From positions 1 to 47,983 of the forward strand of contig JBDKKQ010000293.1 in assembly GCA_039796015.1 (NCBI GenBank): 47,983 bases of DNA. Reading direction: 5' to 3'. Positions within the stretch are counted from its first letter, which is position 1. Each line of letters starts with the position of its first letter. The notes beneath the pieces were generated by a model, which ran no database searches, had not been told where the DNA came from, and was given only the letters and a program-made list of their open reading frames with translations. A program made the position numbers and the translations under genes. Positions 37,132 through 46,839 of this stretch are shown here, one piece after another. The stretch is from Verrucomicrobiota bacterium. GTDB lineage: Bacteria > Verrucomicrobiota > Verrucomicrobiia > Limisphaerales > UBA9464.

Positions 37132-38037
37132 ATGAGCGTTCTCGTCATCGGTACCACCGCGCTGGATTCCATTAAGACTCCAAAATTAGAAAACCCTCGC
37201 CTGTTGGGCGGCTCCGCCAGCCATGCGGCCGTGGCTTCGAGCTTCTTCGCTCCGACTCGGTTGATGGGTGTCGTGGGGGGCGACTTTCCGGCCAAATACC
37301 TCACACTGTTTAAGAAGCACGGTATTTGTCTCCAGGGATTGGAGCGGGTGAAAGACGGGAAGACCTTCCATTGGTCGGGCGAGTACGAGGTCAATATGAA
37401 CAACCGGCGGACGGTGGAGACCGTGCTCGGTGTCATCGAGCACTGGCAACCGGCACTTCCGGCGGCCTACGAGTCCACACCGTTCGTTCTCTTGGCCAAT
37501 ATTTCTCCGGGGGTGCAGCACCGGGTGCTGGATCAAATCTCCAAGGCCAAGTTCGTCATCGCCGATACGATGGACTTGTGGCTGAACATCGCATTGCCCG
37601 AAGTCCTAACCCTATTGAAGCGCATTGACTGCCTGGTGCTCAATGACAGTGAGGCGCGTCAATTGGTCTCCGACGACAACGTGGTGAGTGCCCTGACCAA
37701 GATTCACCGGATGGGCCCGAAGTACGTGATCATTAAGAAAGGCGAGCACGGTTCAATTCTGTCGGGGCCGAAGGGGCTCTTCATTGCGCCGGCCTATCCG
37801 CTCCGCAAGGTGGTCGATCCGACCGGTGCCGGGGACTCGTTCGTGGGCGGTTTGATTGGTTATCTGGCGGCCCAGAAAAAAGGAACGGTTGAGTCCAATC
37901 TCCGACGCGCCATCTTGCACGGCAGTGTCGTGGCGTCCTTCTGTTGCGAGGGTTTTGGTCTCAATGTCACCACCCGCACGACCAAGGCTAAGATCTTGGA
38001 GCGGGTCAAGGAGCTCGAGCGCTTGAGCAAGTTCTGA
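37132..38037 (+). CDS. PfkB family carbohydrate kinase
   Basis: LGGSASH, LNDSEA, KKGEHG, DPTGAGDSFVGG. Confidence 0.92.
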   Translation: MSVLVIGTTALDSIKTPKLENPRLLGGSASHAAVASSFFAPTRLMGVVGGDFPAKYLTLFKKHGICLQGLERVKDGKTFHWSGEYEVNMNNRRTVETVLGVIEHWQPALPAAYESTPFVLLANISPGVQHRVLDQISKAKFVIADTMDLWLNIALPEVLTLLKRIDCLVLNDSEARQLVSDDNVVSALTKIHRMGPKYVIIKKGEHGSILSGPKGLFIAPAYPLRKVVDPTGAGDSFVGGLIGYLAAQKKGTVESNLRRAILHGSVVASFCCEGFGLNVTTRTTKAKILERVKELERLSKF

Positions 38038-38044
38038 TGGGCCA

Positions 38045-38070
38045 AGGGGCGGCAGATTGGCGCCCCTCTT
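38045..38070 (+). terminator. putative terminator hairpin after pfkB-family gene
   Basis: aggggcg...cgcccct stem followed by ctt. Confidence 0.4.
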
Positions 38071-38261
38071 CTGGGAGCCTGTCCATCGGCCGGCTGAACT
38101 GAACGAGGCCTCCGGTGTGGAGGCCAATCTTCAGCGCGTTCGAGTGGCTATCGGCGGGGCCCAGTTCCTGATTCTGGATCGGGGGCAACTCAGGTTGCCC
38201 CCTGGACTTCGGGCAGAGGTCGCCCGTGCCAGGGAAGCCAGGGAAACCGGGGAGAGCTCGA

Positions 38262-40166
38262 TCAGATCTCCACTTGCATGCCCAACTCGACGACTCGGTT
38301 GGCAGGCAGGCGGAAATAGGCCGTGGCGCTGAGGGCGTTGCGGACCATGATGGCGAACAGGTGCTCCTGCCAGATGTTCATGCCGCCATTGTCGGTCTTT
38401 GGGATCACCGTTTCGCGACTGAGGAAGAAGGTGGTTTCCATCTCGTGGAACTCGAGATCGTGTTCCGCACACTGCCGAAGGATGGCCTGAATGTTGGGGG
38501 TCTCCATGAACCCGTAGTGGGCCTGGACCCGCCAGAAGCCAGACTCCATCCGCTCTACCTCCAGCCGGTGGGCCTTGTCCACCACAGGGTCTTCGTCCAC
38601 GCAGATGGTGAAGAAGACGACCCGCTTGTGGAGCACCTTGTTGTGCTTGAGGTTGTGCAGCAGGGCCATTGGAGTCGTGTGCGGGCTGCTGGCCATGTAC
38701 ACGGCGGTCCCGGCCACCCGTAGCGGATCCTTTTTGGCCATGTCCGCGATAAACTTGACGGCCGGCATGGCGCTGATCCGGAGGCGTTCCCAGACGAGGC
38801 GTCGGCCGGTTTTCCAGGTGGACATGATGAGGAACATCGCTCCGGCGATGAGCAGCGGGAACCAACCGCCGTGGGGAATCTTCAACAAGTTGGCCACTGC
38901 CAGGGGGCCCTCCACCATAAGCATGCCACCGGCCACCAGCGAGGCATGAAGTCGGGACCAACCGAACACCCGCTGAGAGGCGAAGAAGAAGAGAAGGGTG
39001 GTGGTCACCATGGTGAAGGTCACCGCGACTCCGTAGGCACTGGCCAAGTTTTCCGAGGTCTTGAAGCCGAAGATGAGTCCGAGACAGGCAACCATCAGAG
39101 CGAAATTGACCTGAGGCATGTAAATCTGGCCACGCTCGTGTTCAGAGGTGTGTTCGATGACGAGTCGCGGCATGTAGCCCAACTGAATGGCATGCATCGT
39201 CAGGGAGTAGGCCCCGGAGATGAGCGCTTGGGAGGCGATGATCGCCGCGGCAGTGGCCAGAATCACCAGAGGGTACAGCGCCCACTGAGGGCAGAGTTGA
39301 TAGAAGGGATTGAAAGTCGATGTCGCGGCAATTTCGGGCTGGGCTAACAGAAGAGCGCCTTGGCCGAGGTAATTGAGGATCAGGGCCGGAAATACCGCCA
39401 CAAACCAGGCCAGACGGATCGGGCGTGGCCCGAAATGCCCCATGTCTGCGTAGAGCGCTTCACCGCCAGTGACCGCCAGCACGACGGAACCGAGGACCAC
39501 CAAACCAATCTTTCCATGACCGGCCAAGAAGGACAGGCCGTGGAGGGGATTGAAGGCTTTCAGGATCTCCGGTTGCATTAGGATGCCCCGGATCCCAAGC
39601 ACGGCGATGGCCACGAACCAGACCAGCGTGATCGGGCCAAAGATCCGTCCGACCTTCGCCGTACCAAACCGCTGGGCTGCGAACAGGACGAGAATGATGA
39701 TCACCGAGATAGGAAGGATGAATCGATCTAACCCAGCTCCGGCCATCTTCAAGCCTTCTACGGCTCCCAACACCGAGATGGCTGGCGTAATGATGCCGTC
39801 GCCATAGAGCAGGCAGGCCCCGCCGATGCCGATGGCGGCGAAGCTCTTGGCCAAGCGACTCCGGTGACCCGTTTTGGCTTCCGGAAAGGCCAAGGACAAC
39901 AAAGCGAGAATTCCGCCTTCGCCCTTGTTGTCGGCTCGGAGCACGTAGACCAGGTATTTCACGGTCACGATCAGCAGCAGGGACCAGAGGATGAGCGATA
40001 CCACCCCCAGAACATTGCTAGCGCTCACTGGCGCTCCATGACCCGGAGCGAAGCATTCTTTGAAGGCGTAAATCGGGCTGGTGCCGATGTCTCCATAGAC
40101 AATGCCCAACGCGGCCATTGAAAGGCCGACCAAGCGTTTGCCAGTTGCGGGTGCGTGTTTGCTCAT
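38262..40166 (-). CDS. kup: Kup/HAK/KT potassium transporter
   Basis: GIVYGDIGTSPIY, ADNKGEGG, GDGIITPAISV, EALYADMGHF, GQIYMP, RVVELG. Confidence 0.97.
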   Translation of the reverse strand: MSKHAPATGKRLVGLSMAALGIVYGDIGTSPIYAFKECFAPGHGAPVSASNVLGVVSLILWSLLLIVTVKYLVYVLRADNKGEGGILALLSLAFPEAKTGHRSRLAKSFAAIGIGGACLLYGDGIITPAISVLGAVEGLKMAGAGLDRFILPISVIIILVLFAAQRFGTAKVGRIFGPITLVWFVAIAVLGIRGILMQPEILKAFNPLHGLSFLAGHGKIGLVVLGSVVLAVTGGEALYADMGHFGPRPIRLAWFVAVFPALILNYLGQGALLLAQPEIAATSTFNPFYQLCPQWALYPLVILATAAAIIASQALISGAYSLTMHAIQLGYMPRLVIEHTSEHERGQIYMPQVNFALMVACLGLIFGFKTSENLASAYGVAVTFTMVTTTLLFFFASQRVFGWSRLHASLVAGGMLMVEGPLAVANLLKIPHGGWFPLLIAGAMFLIMSTWKTGRRLVWERLRISAMPAVKFIADMAKKDPLRVAGTAVYMASSPHTTPMALLHNLKHNKVLHKRVVFFTICVDEDPVVDKAHRLEVERMESGFWRVQAHYGFMETPNIQAILRQCAEHDLEFHEMETTFFLSRETVIPKTDNGGMNIWQEHLFAIMVRNALSATAYFRLPANRVVELGMQVEI

Positions 40167-40264
40167 AGCAAGGGATTCGGGTGGGAGAGTGGCAGGGAAT
40201 TGGCGAAGACGACCTGATCTGGAATTACCAGAGCGGCCCTAGGCGTCGGGAGGAATGAGTTCAT
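40163..40264 (-). CDS. putative 33-aa proline-rich leader peptide overlapping kup start
   Basis: MNSFLPTPRAALVIPDQVVFANSLPLSHPNPLL, TGA overlapping kup ATG (ATGA); lies between riboswitch and kup. Confidence 0.35.
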   Translation of the reverse strand: MNSFLPTPRAALVIPDQVVFANSLPLSHPNPLL

Positions 40265-40341
40265 GATGTCTGCAACAGACCAGCGACCGAGGGTCACCGT
40301 TGTCGCAAGCCCGACTCCGCCGAACTGCGCACGACCGGATA

Positions 40342-40500
40342 CCCTTCCATATGCCTGCGAGGTTAGCTGACGGGCTAGGGCCTGGAAGTGCCCCGGGTCG
40401 GTTTCCCCACCCTACGCCCCGTGCTGAAATCATGGATTGATTTCAGCCTTGGGTCCCCCGCGCTTGTTCGATTGGACACCGACCAAGCTTCGGCTGCTGG
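40342..40500 (-). promoter_or_regulatory. c-di-AMP (ydaO/yuaA) riboswitch
   Basis: Minus strand GCAGCCGAA..GCGGGGGACCCA..GGGGCG..AGCCCGTCAGCTAACCTCGCAGGC..GGAAGG consensus blocks; upstream of a K+ transporter. Confidence 0.9.
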
Positions 40501-40727
40501 GCCGTGTTACGCCAGAACTCGGCCTTCTGTCAATACGGGTGACGGTCGAGTCACGGTGGCGTCACAGGGGGTAATTACCGCTGGAGGGCAGGGGGGAGAA
40601 TTTGCATGAGGCATCCATAAGAGGCGGGTTGCTCGGTGTTCTGGAGCGTTCTCGACCACTGAATAGACCTTCACCTTTGCAATTCGTCCCTTGACGGGCG
40701 GGGGCTCTCGGAGGTTCTTGGGAGTGC

Positions 40728-42806
40728 ATGTCGCGCAAGACGTTTCTGGCCGCCTCGCTGGCGGTTTTCTGCGGAACCGGGGCCCTTCGTTCTGACGAGG
40801 GAATGTGGCTTTACAATGATCCTCCCCGGGAACAGGTGCGCGCCAAGTATGGCTTTGAGATGACCGACGCTTGGCTGGAGCATCTTCAGAAGTCGTCGGT
40901 TCGGTTCAACTCCGGGGGCTCCGGATCGTTTGTCAGCGAAGACGGGTTAGTCTTGTCGAACCACCACGTCGGGGCTGACGCGCTCCAGAAGGTTTCCAGC
41001 GCCCAGAAGAACTACTTGCGCGATGGATTCTATGCCCGATCGCAGGCGGAGGAGATTCCCTGCGTAGACCTCGAGTTGAATGTTCTGCAATCCATTGCGG
41101 TAGTGACTGACCGGGTCAATGCCGCGGTGACGGCCGGCTTATCGCCCGAGGATGCGGTGAAGGCCCGGCGCCGGGTCATGGCGGCCATCGAGAAGGAATC
41201 CCTCGACGCCACGGGCCTTCGGTCAGATGTGGTAACGCTTTATCAGGGAGGTGCCTATCACCTGTATCGATTCAAGAAATACACCGATGTCCGGTTGGTC
41301 TTTGCGCCGGAACAGCAGGTCGCATTCTTTGGTGGCGACCCCGACAACTTCGAGTATCCGCGCTTCGACCTCGATATCTGTTTTTTTCGAGCTTACGAAG
41401 ACGGCAAACCCGTGAAGGTGCCGCACTCTCTGAAGTGGTCTAAGGCGGGGGCCGCTGAGGGCGAATTGACCTTCGTCTCGGGGCATCCGGGCCGCACGGA
41501 GCGCATGCTCACCGTCGCCGAGTTGGAGTACCTCCGCGACCGTCAGTACCCGATCACGTTGGCTTATCTCAAGCGCCGTGAGGTGCTCTTGAGGTCTTGG
41601 AGCGAGCGCAGTGCCGAGAATGCCCGGCGTGCGAAGGATGAACTCTTTGGCATTCAGAACAGCCGCAAGGCCCGCGATGGCGGTCATGCCGGCCTTTACG
41701 ATCCGGCCTTGATGCAGTCCAAGCGCCAGCAAGAGATGGCCTTGCGCACGAAGTTTGCCGCCAATCCGGCCTTTGCCTCCGCCGCAGCGGCCTATGACCA
41801 GATCCAGCAGGCCCAGTCGTCGATCGCGCGGTATGAGCGGGTCCACCGATTGCTGGAAGCCGGACAGGCCTTCCAGTCAGAACTCTTCGATATTGCCCAC
41901 ATCCTGGTCCGGGCGGCCGGAGAATATCCCAAGGCCGACGGGGAACGTCTGCGCGAGTTTGCCGAGGCCGGACGAGCATCGTTGGAGATGAGTCTTTTCT
42001 CCGACAAGCCCATCCACAATGACCTCGAGATCATTAGCTTGGCCGATTCGTTGACCTATCTGAACGAGCAACTCGGAGCGGAGTATCCGGTCGTCAAGAA
42101 GGTGATGGCCGGCAAGTCGCCGCGGGCCCGTGCTGCAGAACTCATTAATGGCAGTCGCCTGCGCTCGGTCGATGAGCGTCGTCGGCTCTACAAGGGCGGC
42201 ACGTCAGCCATCGATGCCTCTGAGGATCCCCTCATTTTGGTGGCCAAGTCGGTGGATGCTGAGGCACGCGAAGTGCGGCAGTTGATGGAGGCCCAAGCCG
42301 AGATCAAGAAGCAGGCGCATGCAGCGATCGCGTCTGCCCGCTTTGCTCTGGAAAGCAAGGGGCAGTATCCGGACGCCACCTTCACCCTGCGGCTCTCCTA
42401 CGGGGTAGTGAAGGGGTACACTTCGCTAGGTAAGGCCATCCCGGCGACGACGTCGCTGGGCGGAATCTTTGAGCGTTCCGCCGAAATGGAGGGTCGCCCT
42501 CCGTTTGATTTGCCCGAACGCTGGCAGAAGAAACGCCGCGCCCTCCATGCCGAAGCCCCGTTCAACTTTGTCTCCACCCACGATATCATCGGAGGCAACT
42601 CGGGCAGTCCGGTGGTGAATCGGAAGGGCGAATTTGTGGGCATTATCTTCGATGGCAACATCGAGTCGTTGGTGCTGGGGTTTGCCTATGAAGAAACCCA
42701 AGCCCGGGCCCTTTCGGTCCACAGCGCGGGTATCTTGGAGGCGCTTCGCAGCGTCTACGCCGCCAAGCCTCTAGTTGAGGAATTAGTCACCGGCCAGCGA
42801 AAGTGA
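40728..42806 (+). CDS. S46 family peptidase (DPP7/DPP11-like)
   Basis: DEGMW, LSNHHV, FGGDPDNFEYPR, YPDATFTLRLSYG, DIIGGNSGSP. Confidence 0.93.
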   Translation: MSRKTFLAASLAVFCGTGALRSDEGMWLYNDPPREQVRAKYGFEMTDAWLEHLQKSSVRFNSGGSGSFVSEDGLVLSNHHVGADALQKVSSAQKNYLRDGFYARSQAEEIPCVDLELNVLQSIAVVTDRVNAAVTAGLSPEDAVKARRRVMAAIEKESLDATGLRSDVVTLYQGGAYHLYRFKKYTDVRLVFAPEQQVAFFGGDPDNFEYPRFDLDICFFRAYEDGKPVKVPHSLKWSKAGAAEGELTFVSGHPGRTERMLTVAELEYLRDRQYPITLAYLKRREVLLRSWSERSAENARRAKDELFGIQNSRKARDGGHAGLYDPALMQSKRQQEMALRTKFAANPAFASAAAAYDQIQQAQSSIARYERVHRLLEAGQAFQSELFDIAHILVRAAGEYPKADGERLREFAEAGRASLEMSLFSDKPIHNDLEIISLADSLTYLNEQLGAEYPVVKKVMAGKSPRARAAELINGSRLRSVDERRRLYKGGTSAIDASEDPLILVAKSVDAEAREVRQLMEAQAEIKKQAHAAIASARFALESKGQYPDATFTLRLSYGVVKGYTSLGKAIPATTSLGGIFERSAEMEGRPPFDLPERWQKKRRALHAEAPFNFVSTHDIIGGNSGSPVVNRKGEFVGIIFDGNIESLVLGFAYEETQARALSVHSAGILEALRSVYAAKPLVEELVTGQRK

Positions 42807-43341
42807 GCGGAGGCGGGGGGGCTTTTGCTCCCCGCATTGCTCCCCGCGGACCGGTTGCTGCGTCAGAAGCGTTCGAGTGGTTCGCTCTGTGTTCGGCCGT
42901 CAGAAGCGTTCCTTGTCTGGCTGCCTGCCCGCTCATTTCAGCAGCACGGAGTCGGGGTGGAGCGATTGCTCACAGGCGTGGCGTTGGCTCCCGGTTGTAT
43001 TGGCTCTCAGCAACGTTCCGGAATCCACGGAAAGTTGCCGGTTCAAAATCCGAGGTTTTTCCGGATCCTCGGATGGGTTTTCTTCTAGGATGAATGCCCG
43101 CGTCTCTTACTTCTTCCAGATGAGGCTGAATGCGTCCGGGGCCCACCAGAGTTGATCAGAATTCCCTCGGGTAACCGACAAGCTGAGGCCGGATCAATGA
43201 TCCGTTGAGTTTCTGAGTTCAGTGGTTTCCAAACCGGCAAGTTGCATTGGTCTTCACACCGTCACTGACAATTCGCCTCGGTTGAGTTTTCTGGGGCCAG
43301 TCACCGCAGGCGGTTTTGGCGAAGGAGTTTGTCGCCGGGAC

Positions 43342-44322
43342 TCACTCCGGGGTGCCGCGCTCAACGAGCTTTTTATGGCGGAGGATGCCGTCAGCAATGG
43401 CGGCGGCGAGTTGGTCTCGTGATTTTTTAGAGTCCATCAGCCGGGTGTCACCAGGGTGGGTCATGTAGCCGCCCTCGATGAGGAGTCCGGGCATTCGCAG
43501 CAACGTCAATTCTTTGAAGCGGGCCCGGCGCACCCCCCGATCGGCCAAGGGGGTCTGATCGAGGATGGCCCGATGGACGAGGTGGGCGAGGGTGACGTTC
43601 TCGCGGTCGAAGCGGTTGGCGTCGAAACCGGCCATCCGACCGTGCCGTTGGGAATCATTGCTCGAAGGGGACCCAGCAGGCGTCAGGCAATAGGTTTCGA
43701 GGCCTTGCACCGCGTCATTTCCGGGCCCATCGAACCCATTGAAATGCAGGCTGACGTACAGGTCGGCGTTTGCGCGGTTGGCCTCCGTCGCACGATCTGG
43801 AAGGGCGATGAACCGGTCCGAGCTACGGATGAACACCACCTGAAAACCCGACGCCTTAAGGTGTCGTGCCAGGTCGATGGCCAGATCCAGCGTGTAGTTT
43901 TTCTCCATCCGACGACCCTCCATGTTGCCGGGATCTCGACCACCGTGCCCGGCATTGATGGCGATCCGCTTAATGGGGCGTGAAGTGCGCTTGGGCGGGG
44001 TCAATAGCGGCGCCATGAGCGAATCGATATCGCGCTGGGAGACCCGGAAATGGCCACCTTCGACTGAGATTCGGTCCGAAAGGCGAAACTCCACCTCGTT
44101 GAAGCTCATCCGATCGGAGTCCTTCCGGAACCGCATGCGCGTCCAGCGGTTGGTCAAAAGGAGTTCTTCACCCGAAGTGATGGGCCGCAACTGCAGACCG
44201 CGTCCCCAGTTGGCCAAGTCGCGAAATCCGGGTTCCCAGTCCCGAGCCTGAACGAGGCCAGACACCCATGTCAGAGCCAGAATGCAGGAGACTCGCAGCC
44301 AGCGAGTTAAGGACGCAGACAT
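43342..44322 (-). CDS. N-acetylmuramoyl-L-alanine amidase (Amidase_3)
   Basis: Signal peptide, INAGHGGRDPG, EK, YVSLHFN, LIEGGYM; start set at MSASL. Confidence 0.92.
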   Translation of the reverse strand: MSASLTRWLRVSCILALTWVSGLVQARDWEPGFRDLANWGRGLQLRPITSGEELLLTNRWTRMRFRKDSDRMSFNEVEFRLSDRISVEGGHFRVSQRDIDSLMAPLLTPPKRTSRPIKRIAINAGHGGRDPGNMEGRRMEKNYTLDLAIDLARHLKASGFQVVFIRSSDRFIALPDRATEANRANADLYVSLHFNGFDGPGNDAVQGLETYCLTPAGSPSSNDSQRHGRMAGFDANRFDRENVTLAHLVHRAILDQTPLADRGVRRARFKELTLLRMPGLLIEGGYMTHPGDTRLMDSKKSRDQLAAAIADGILRHKKLVERGTPE

Positions 44323-44360
44323 GGGGGGTGTGTTCTGGAGCGGACGGGTTTTATAACCCC

Positions 44361-45476
44361 TCAGCGGAGGTTTTCCGGATTGAGCCCGTGGAGGTCCTTC
44401 GGCACGAAAAGACCATCTCGCCGGATGATTTCGGAATCGAACCAAACCTCGCCGCCGCCCCACTCCGGGCGCTGGATTTGCACCATGTCCCAATGAACGG
44501 CAGACTTGTTGCCATTGCCCGGATCTTCGTAGGCCTGACCCGGAGTGAAGTGCAGGGAACCAGCGATCTTTTCATCGAACAAGATGTCGCACATCGGGTT
44601 GAGGATGAAGGGATTGAACCCGAGGCTGAACTCGCCGATGGACCGGGCTCCTGCGTCCATATCGAGGATCTCGTTGAGCTTGCGCTCGGTGCCGCCCTGA
44701 CAAGTGGCCTTGATGATACGACCCTCTTTCAGTTCCAGGCGGATGCCCTCGAACTTGGTGCCGGCATACAGGGTCGGCGTATTGAAGGTGATCACGCCAT
44801 TGGCCGATTTGAGCGTGGGACAACTGAAGCACTCGCCATCGGGAATATTGCGCAAGCCCTCGCAGGGCTTGGCTCCGATATTCTTGATGGAGAAGGAGAG
44901 ATCGGTGCCCGGTGCTACCAACCGCACCTTGTCGGCCTTGATCATGCGCTTCTCCAGAGGCTTCACAGCTCGCGCCATCTTGGCGTAGTCCATGGTGCAC
45001 ACGTCGAAGTAGAACTTCTCGAAGGCCTCAGTGCTCATGTTGGCCGACTGAGCCATGCTCGGCGTCGGCCAGCGCAGGACGCACCAGCGAGTCTTGTTGA
45101 TGCGGTGATCGAGAGCCGGCCGGAGAGTCTTAGAATAGAGCCGGGTCTTCTCGGACGGCACATCGCTGTTCTCGCTGGCGTTGTTCGCGCCGCGGATGGC
45201 GATGTAAGCCTGCATCTTGCGGATGCGGTTCAGCTCGATATCCCGCACCAGTTTGGCATGATGTTCATCGGTTCCCATCTGAACCTCGCGGAGGATCCGA
45301 GAATGGCGCATCTCCACAATCGGAGTGGCACCGACGGCCCGAGTGGCGCGGATGAGTTCCACGGCCATCGCATCCGGAGTATCGACTAGGTCGATCAAGA
45401 TGTTCTCTCCCGCCTTTAGTTCGCAGGAGTATTCGATGAGAAGCTTGGCCAGTTTGGCGTAACGCGGGTCGCTCAT
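44361..45476 (-). CDS. M29 family aminopeptidase (AmpS/AmpT-like)
   Basis: NIPDGECFSCP, IGEFSLG, LFDEKIAGSLHFTPG, SAVHWD. Confidence 0.92.
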   Translation of the reverse strand: MSDPRYAKLAKLLIEYSCELKAGENILIDLVDTPDAMAVELIRATRAVGATPIVEMRHSRILREVQMGTDEHHAKLVRDIELNRIRKMQAYIAIRGANNASENSDVPSEKTRLYSKTLRPALDHRINKTRWCVLRWPTPSMAQSANMSTEAFEKFYFDVCTMDYAKMARAVKPLEKRMIKADKVRLVAPGTDLSFSIKNIGAKPCEGLRNIPDGECFSCPTLKSANGVITFNTPTLYAGTKFEGIRLELKEGRIIKATCQGGTERKLNEILDMDAGARSIGEFSLGFNPFILNPMCDILFDEKIAGSLHFTPGQAYEDPGNGNKSAVHWDMVQIQRPEWGGGEVWFDSEIIRRDGLFVPKDLHGLNPENLR

Positions 45477-45564
45477 GTGTTCTGGCTCTAAAGAAGACCA
45501 CGCCTTCCCCCCAGAGGCCACGCAAACATTAAAATCCCACCTGCCAGGATCGCTGCCGGGGTCG

Positions 45565-45860
45565 GTCCCACCTATTTACACAAAAATAGCCAGTCTTGCA
45601 TATTTTTATGGTGATGGGGTGGCAGGGCTGTCGCTGGGCACGAGTGCCTCGAGGAGCTCCGCGGGAACAGTCCTGCGCTCGCAGGTAAGCTCAAGGAAAG
45701 GTGGAGCTTTCGCGCTGTGCGCTAGGGGAACTGGGTGTTCGCTCCCAATGCTCGCTGCGGACCGATCCCGCTGCCGCCAGGGTCCGCTGCCGCCAGGGTG
45801 CGTCCTCCTAAATTCATCAGTCCTACCTTTTTACACAAAAAGGGCCTGTCTTGCATATTT
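45565..45860. repeat. 41-bp direct repeats (45565..45605, 45820..45860) enclosing a REP-like element (45654..45772) and a 16-bp tandem duplication (45768..45799)
   Basis: gtcc(c/t)acct(a/t)tttacacaaaaa(ta/gg)gcc(a/t)gtcttgcatattt, 36/41 identical; ccgctgccgccagggt x2. Confidence 0.8.
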
Positions 45861-45893
45861 ACAAGATCCTCCGGCTCGACCAAAATGATAGTT

Positions 45894-46829
45894 ATGGCCC
45901 GTAAGCTGCGCATCGAATATCCCGGAGCGATCTACCACGTCATGAATCGAGGAGATCGACGTGAAGCCATCTTCCGCGATGATGTTGATCACCAGTTGTT
46001 CCTCAGCACACTCGACGAGACCTGCGTCAAGGCCGATTGGCTCGTTCACGCCTATTGCCTCATGGGCAATCATTTCCACGTGGTGCTGGAGACGCCCCGG
46101 GGCAATTTGGTGGCGGGGATGAAGTGGTTCTTGGGCACCTACACCTTGAGGTTCAACCGGCGTCACGGTGTGTCGGGTCACCTCTTTAGCGGACGCTACA
46201 AGGCTCTCTTGGTTGATCCAGGTCAGCCGGATTACCTGCGGACGGTCTGCGAATATGTCCACCTCAACCCCGTGCGCGCCCAATTGCTGCAACCCACGGA
46301 GCCGTTGCAGGCGTACCGGTGGAGCAGTTATCCGGCCTACCTAGAGCAGAACCGCCGACGGCCTGCCTGGCTGCAAGTGGAGCGGGTCTTGGGGGTAATG
46401 GGGATCCCCAAGGAAAGCTCGGCGGGTCGAAAACAGTTCGAGCGATTAATGGAAGAGCGGCGACGCGAGGAAAACCCGGAAGATTACGCCGGAATTCGGC
46501 GAGGGTGGTGCTGGGGTGATGACTCGTTTCGCCGAGAGTTGGTGGCGCAATTGGAGTCGGGCGGAGCTGCTTTAAACTCCGGCGTGGAGTTGCAGGAGCC
46601 GGCCACTGAGAAGGCCGAACGTTTGGCGCGCGAAGCATTGGCGAAGCTCGGTTGGAAGGAGACTGACTTGGCGGAGCGTCGCAAGGGAGACCCGGCGAAA
46701 CTCAAGATAGCCTTAACACTGCGTGCGGAGACCACCATGACCCTGAAATGGATCGCAGCCCGTCTTCAGATGGGGACCGCGTCGAGTCTGAGCAACCTGT
46801 TTTCGGCGAGGCGAACTGCCAAGAGGTGA
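45894..46829 (+). mobile_element. Y1 HUH transposase, REP-associated tyrosine transposase (RAYT)-type, with C-terminal HTH-like extension
   Basis: MARKLRIEYPGAIYHVMNRG, YCLMGNHFH (HUH), GHLFSGRYKA, EYVHLNPVRA (catalytic Tyr), YRWSSY. Confidence 0.88.
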
Positions 46830-46839
46830 ACGAGTCCTT

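Noticed and set aside
44268-45389. 373-aa plus-strand ORF
   Set aside because: Antisense shadow of the aminopeptidase gene
45894-46829. Classic IS200/IS605 or TnpB/IscB RNA-guided element
   Set aside because: No tnpB or iscB gene, and recD ends 10 bp after the stop, leaving no right-end structure
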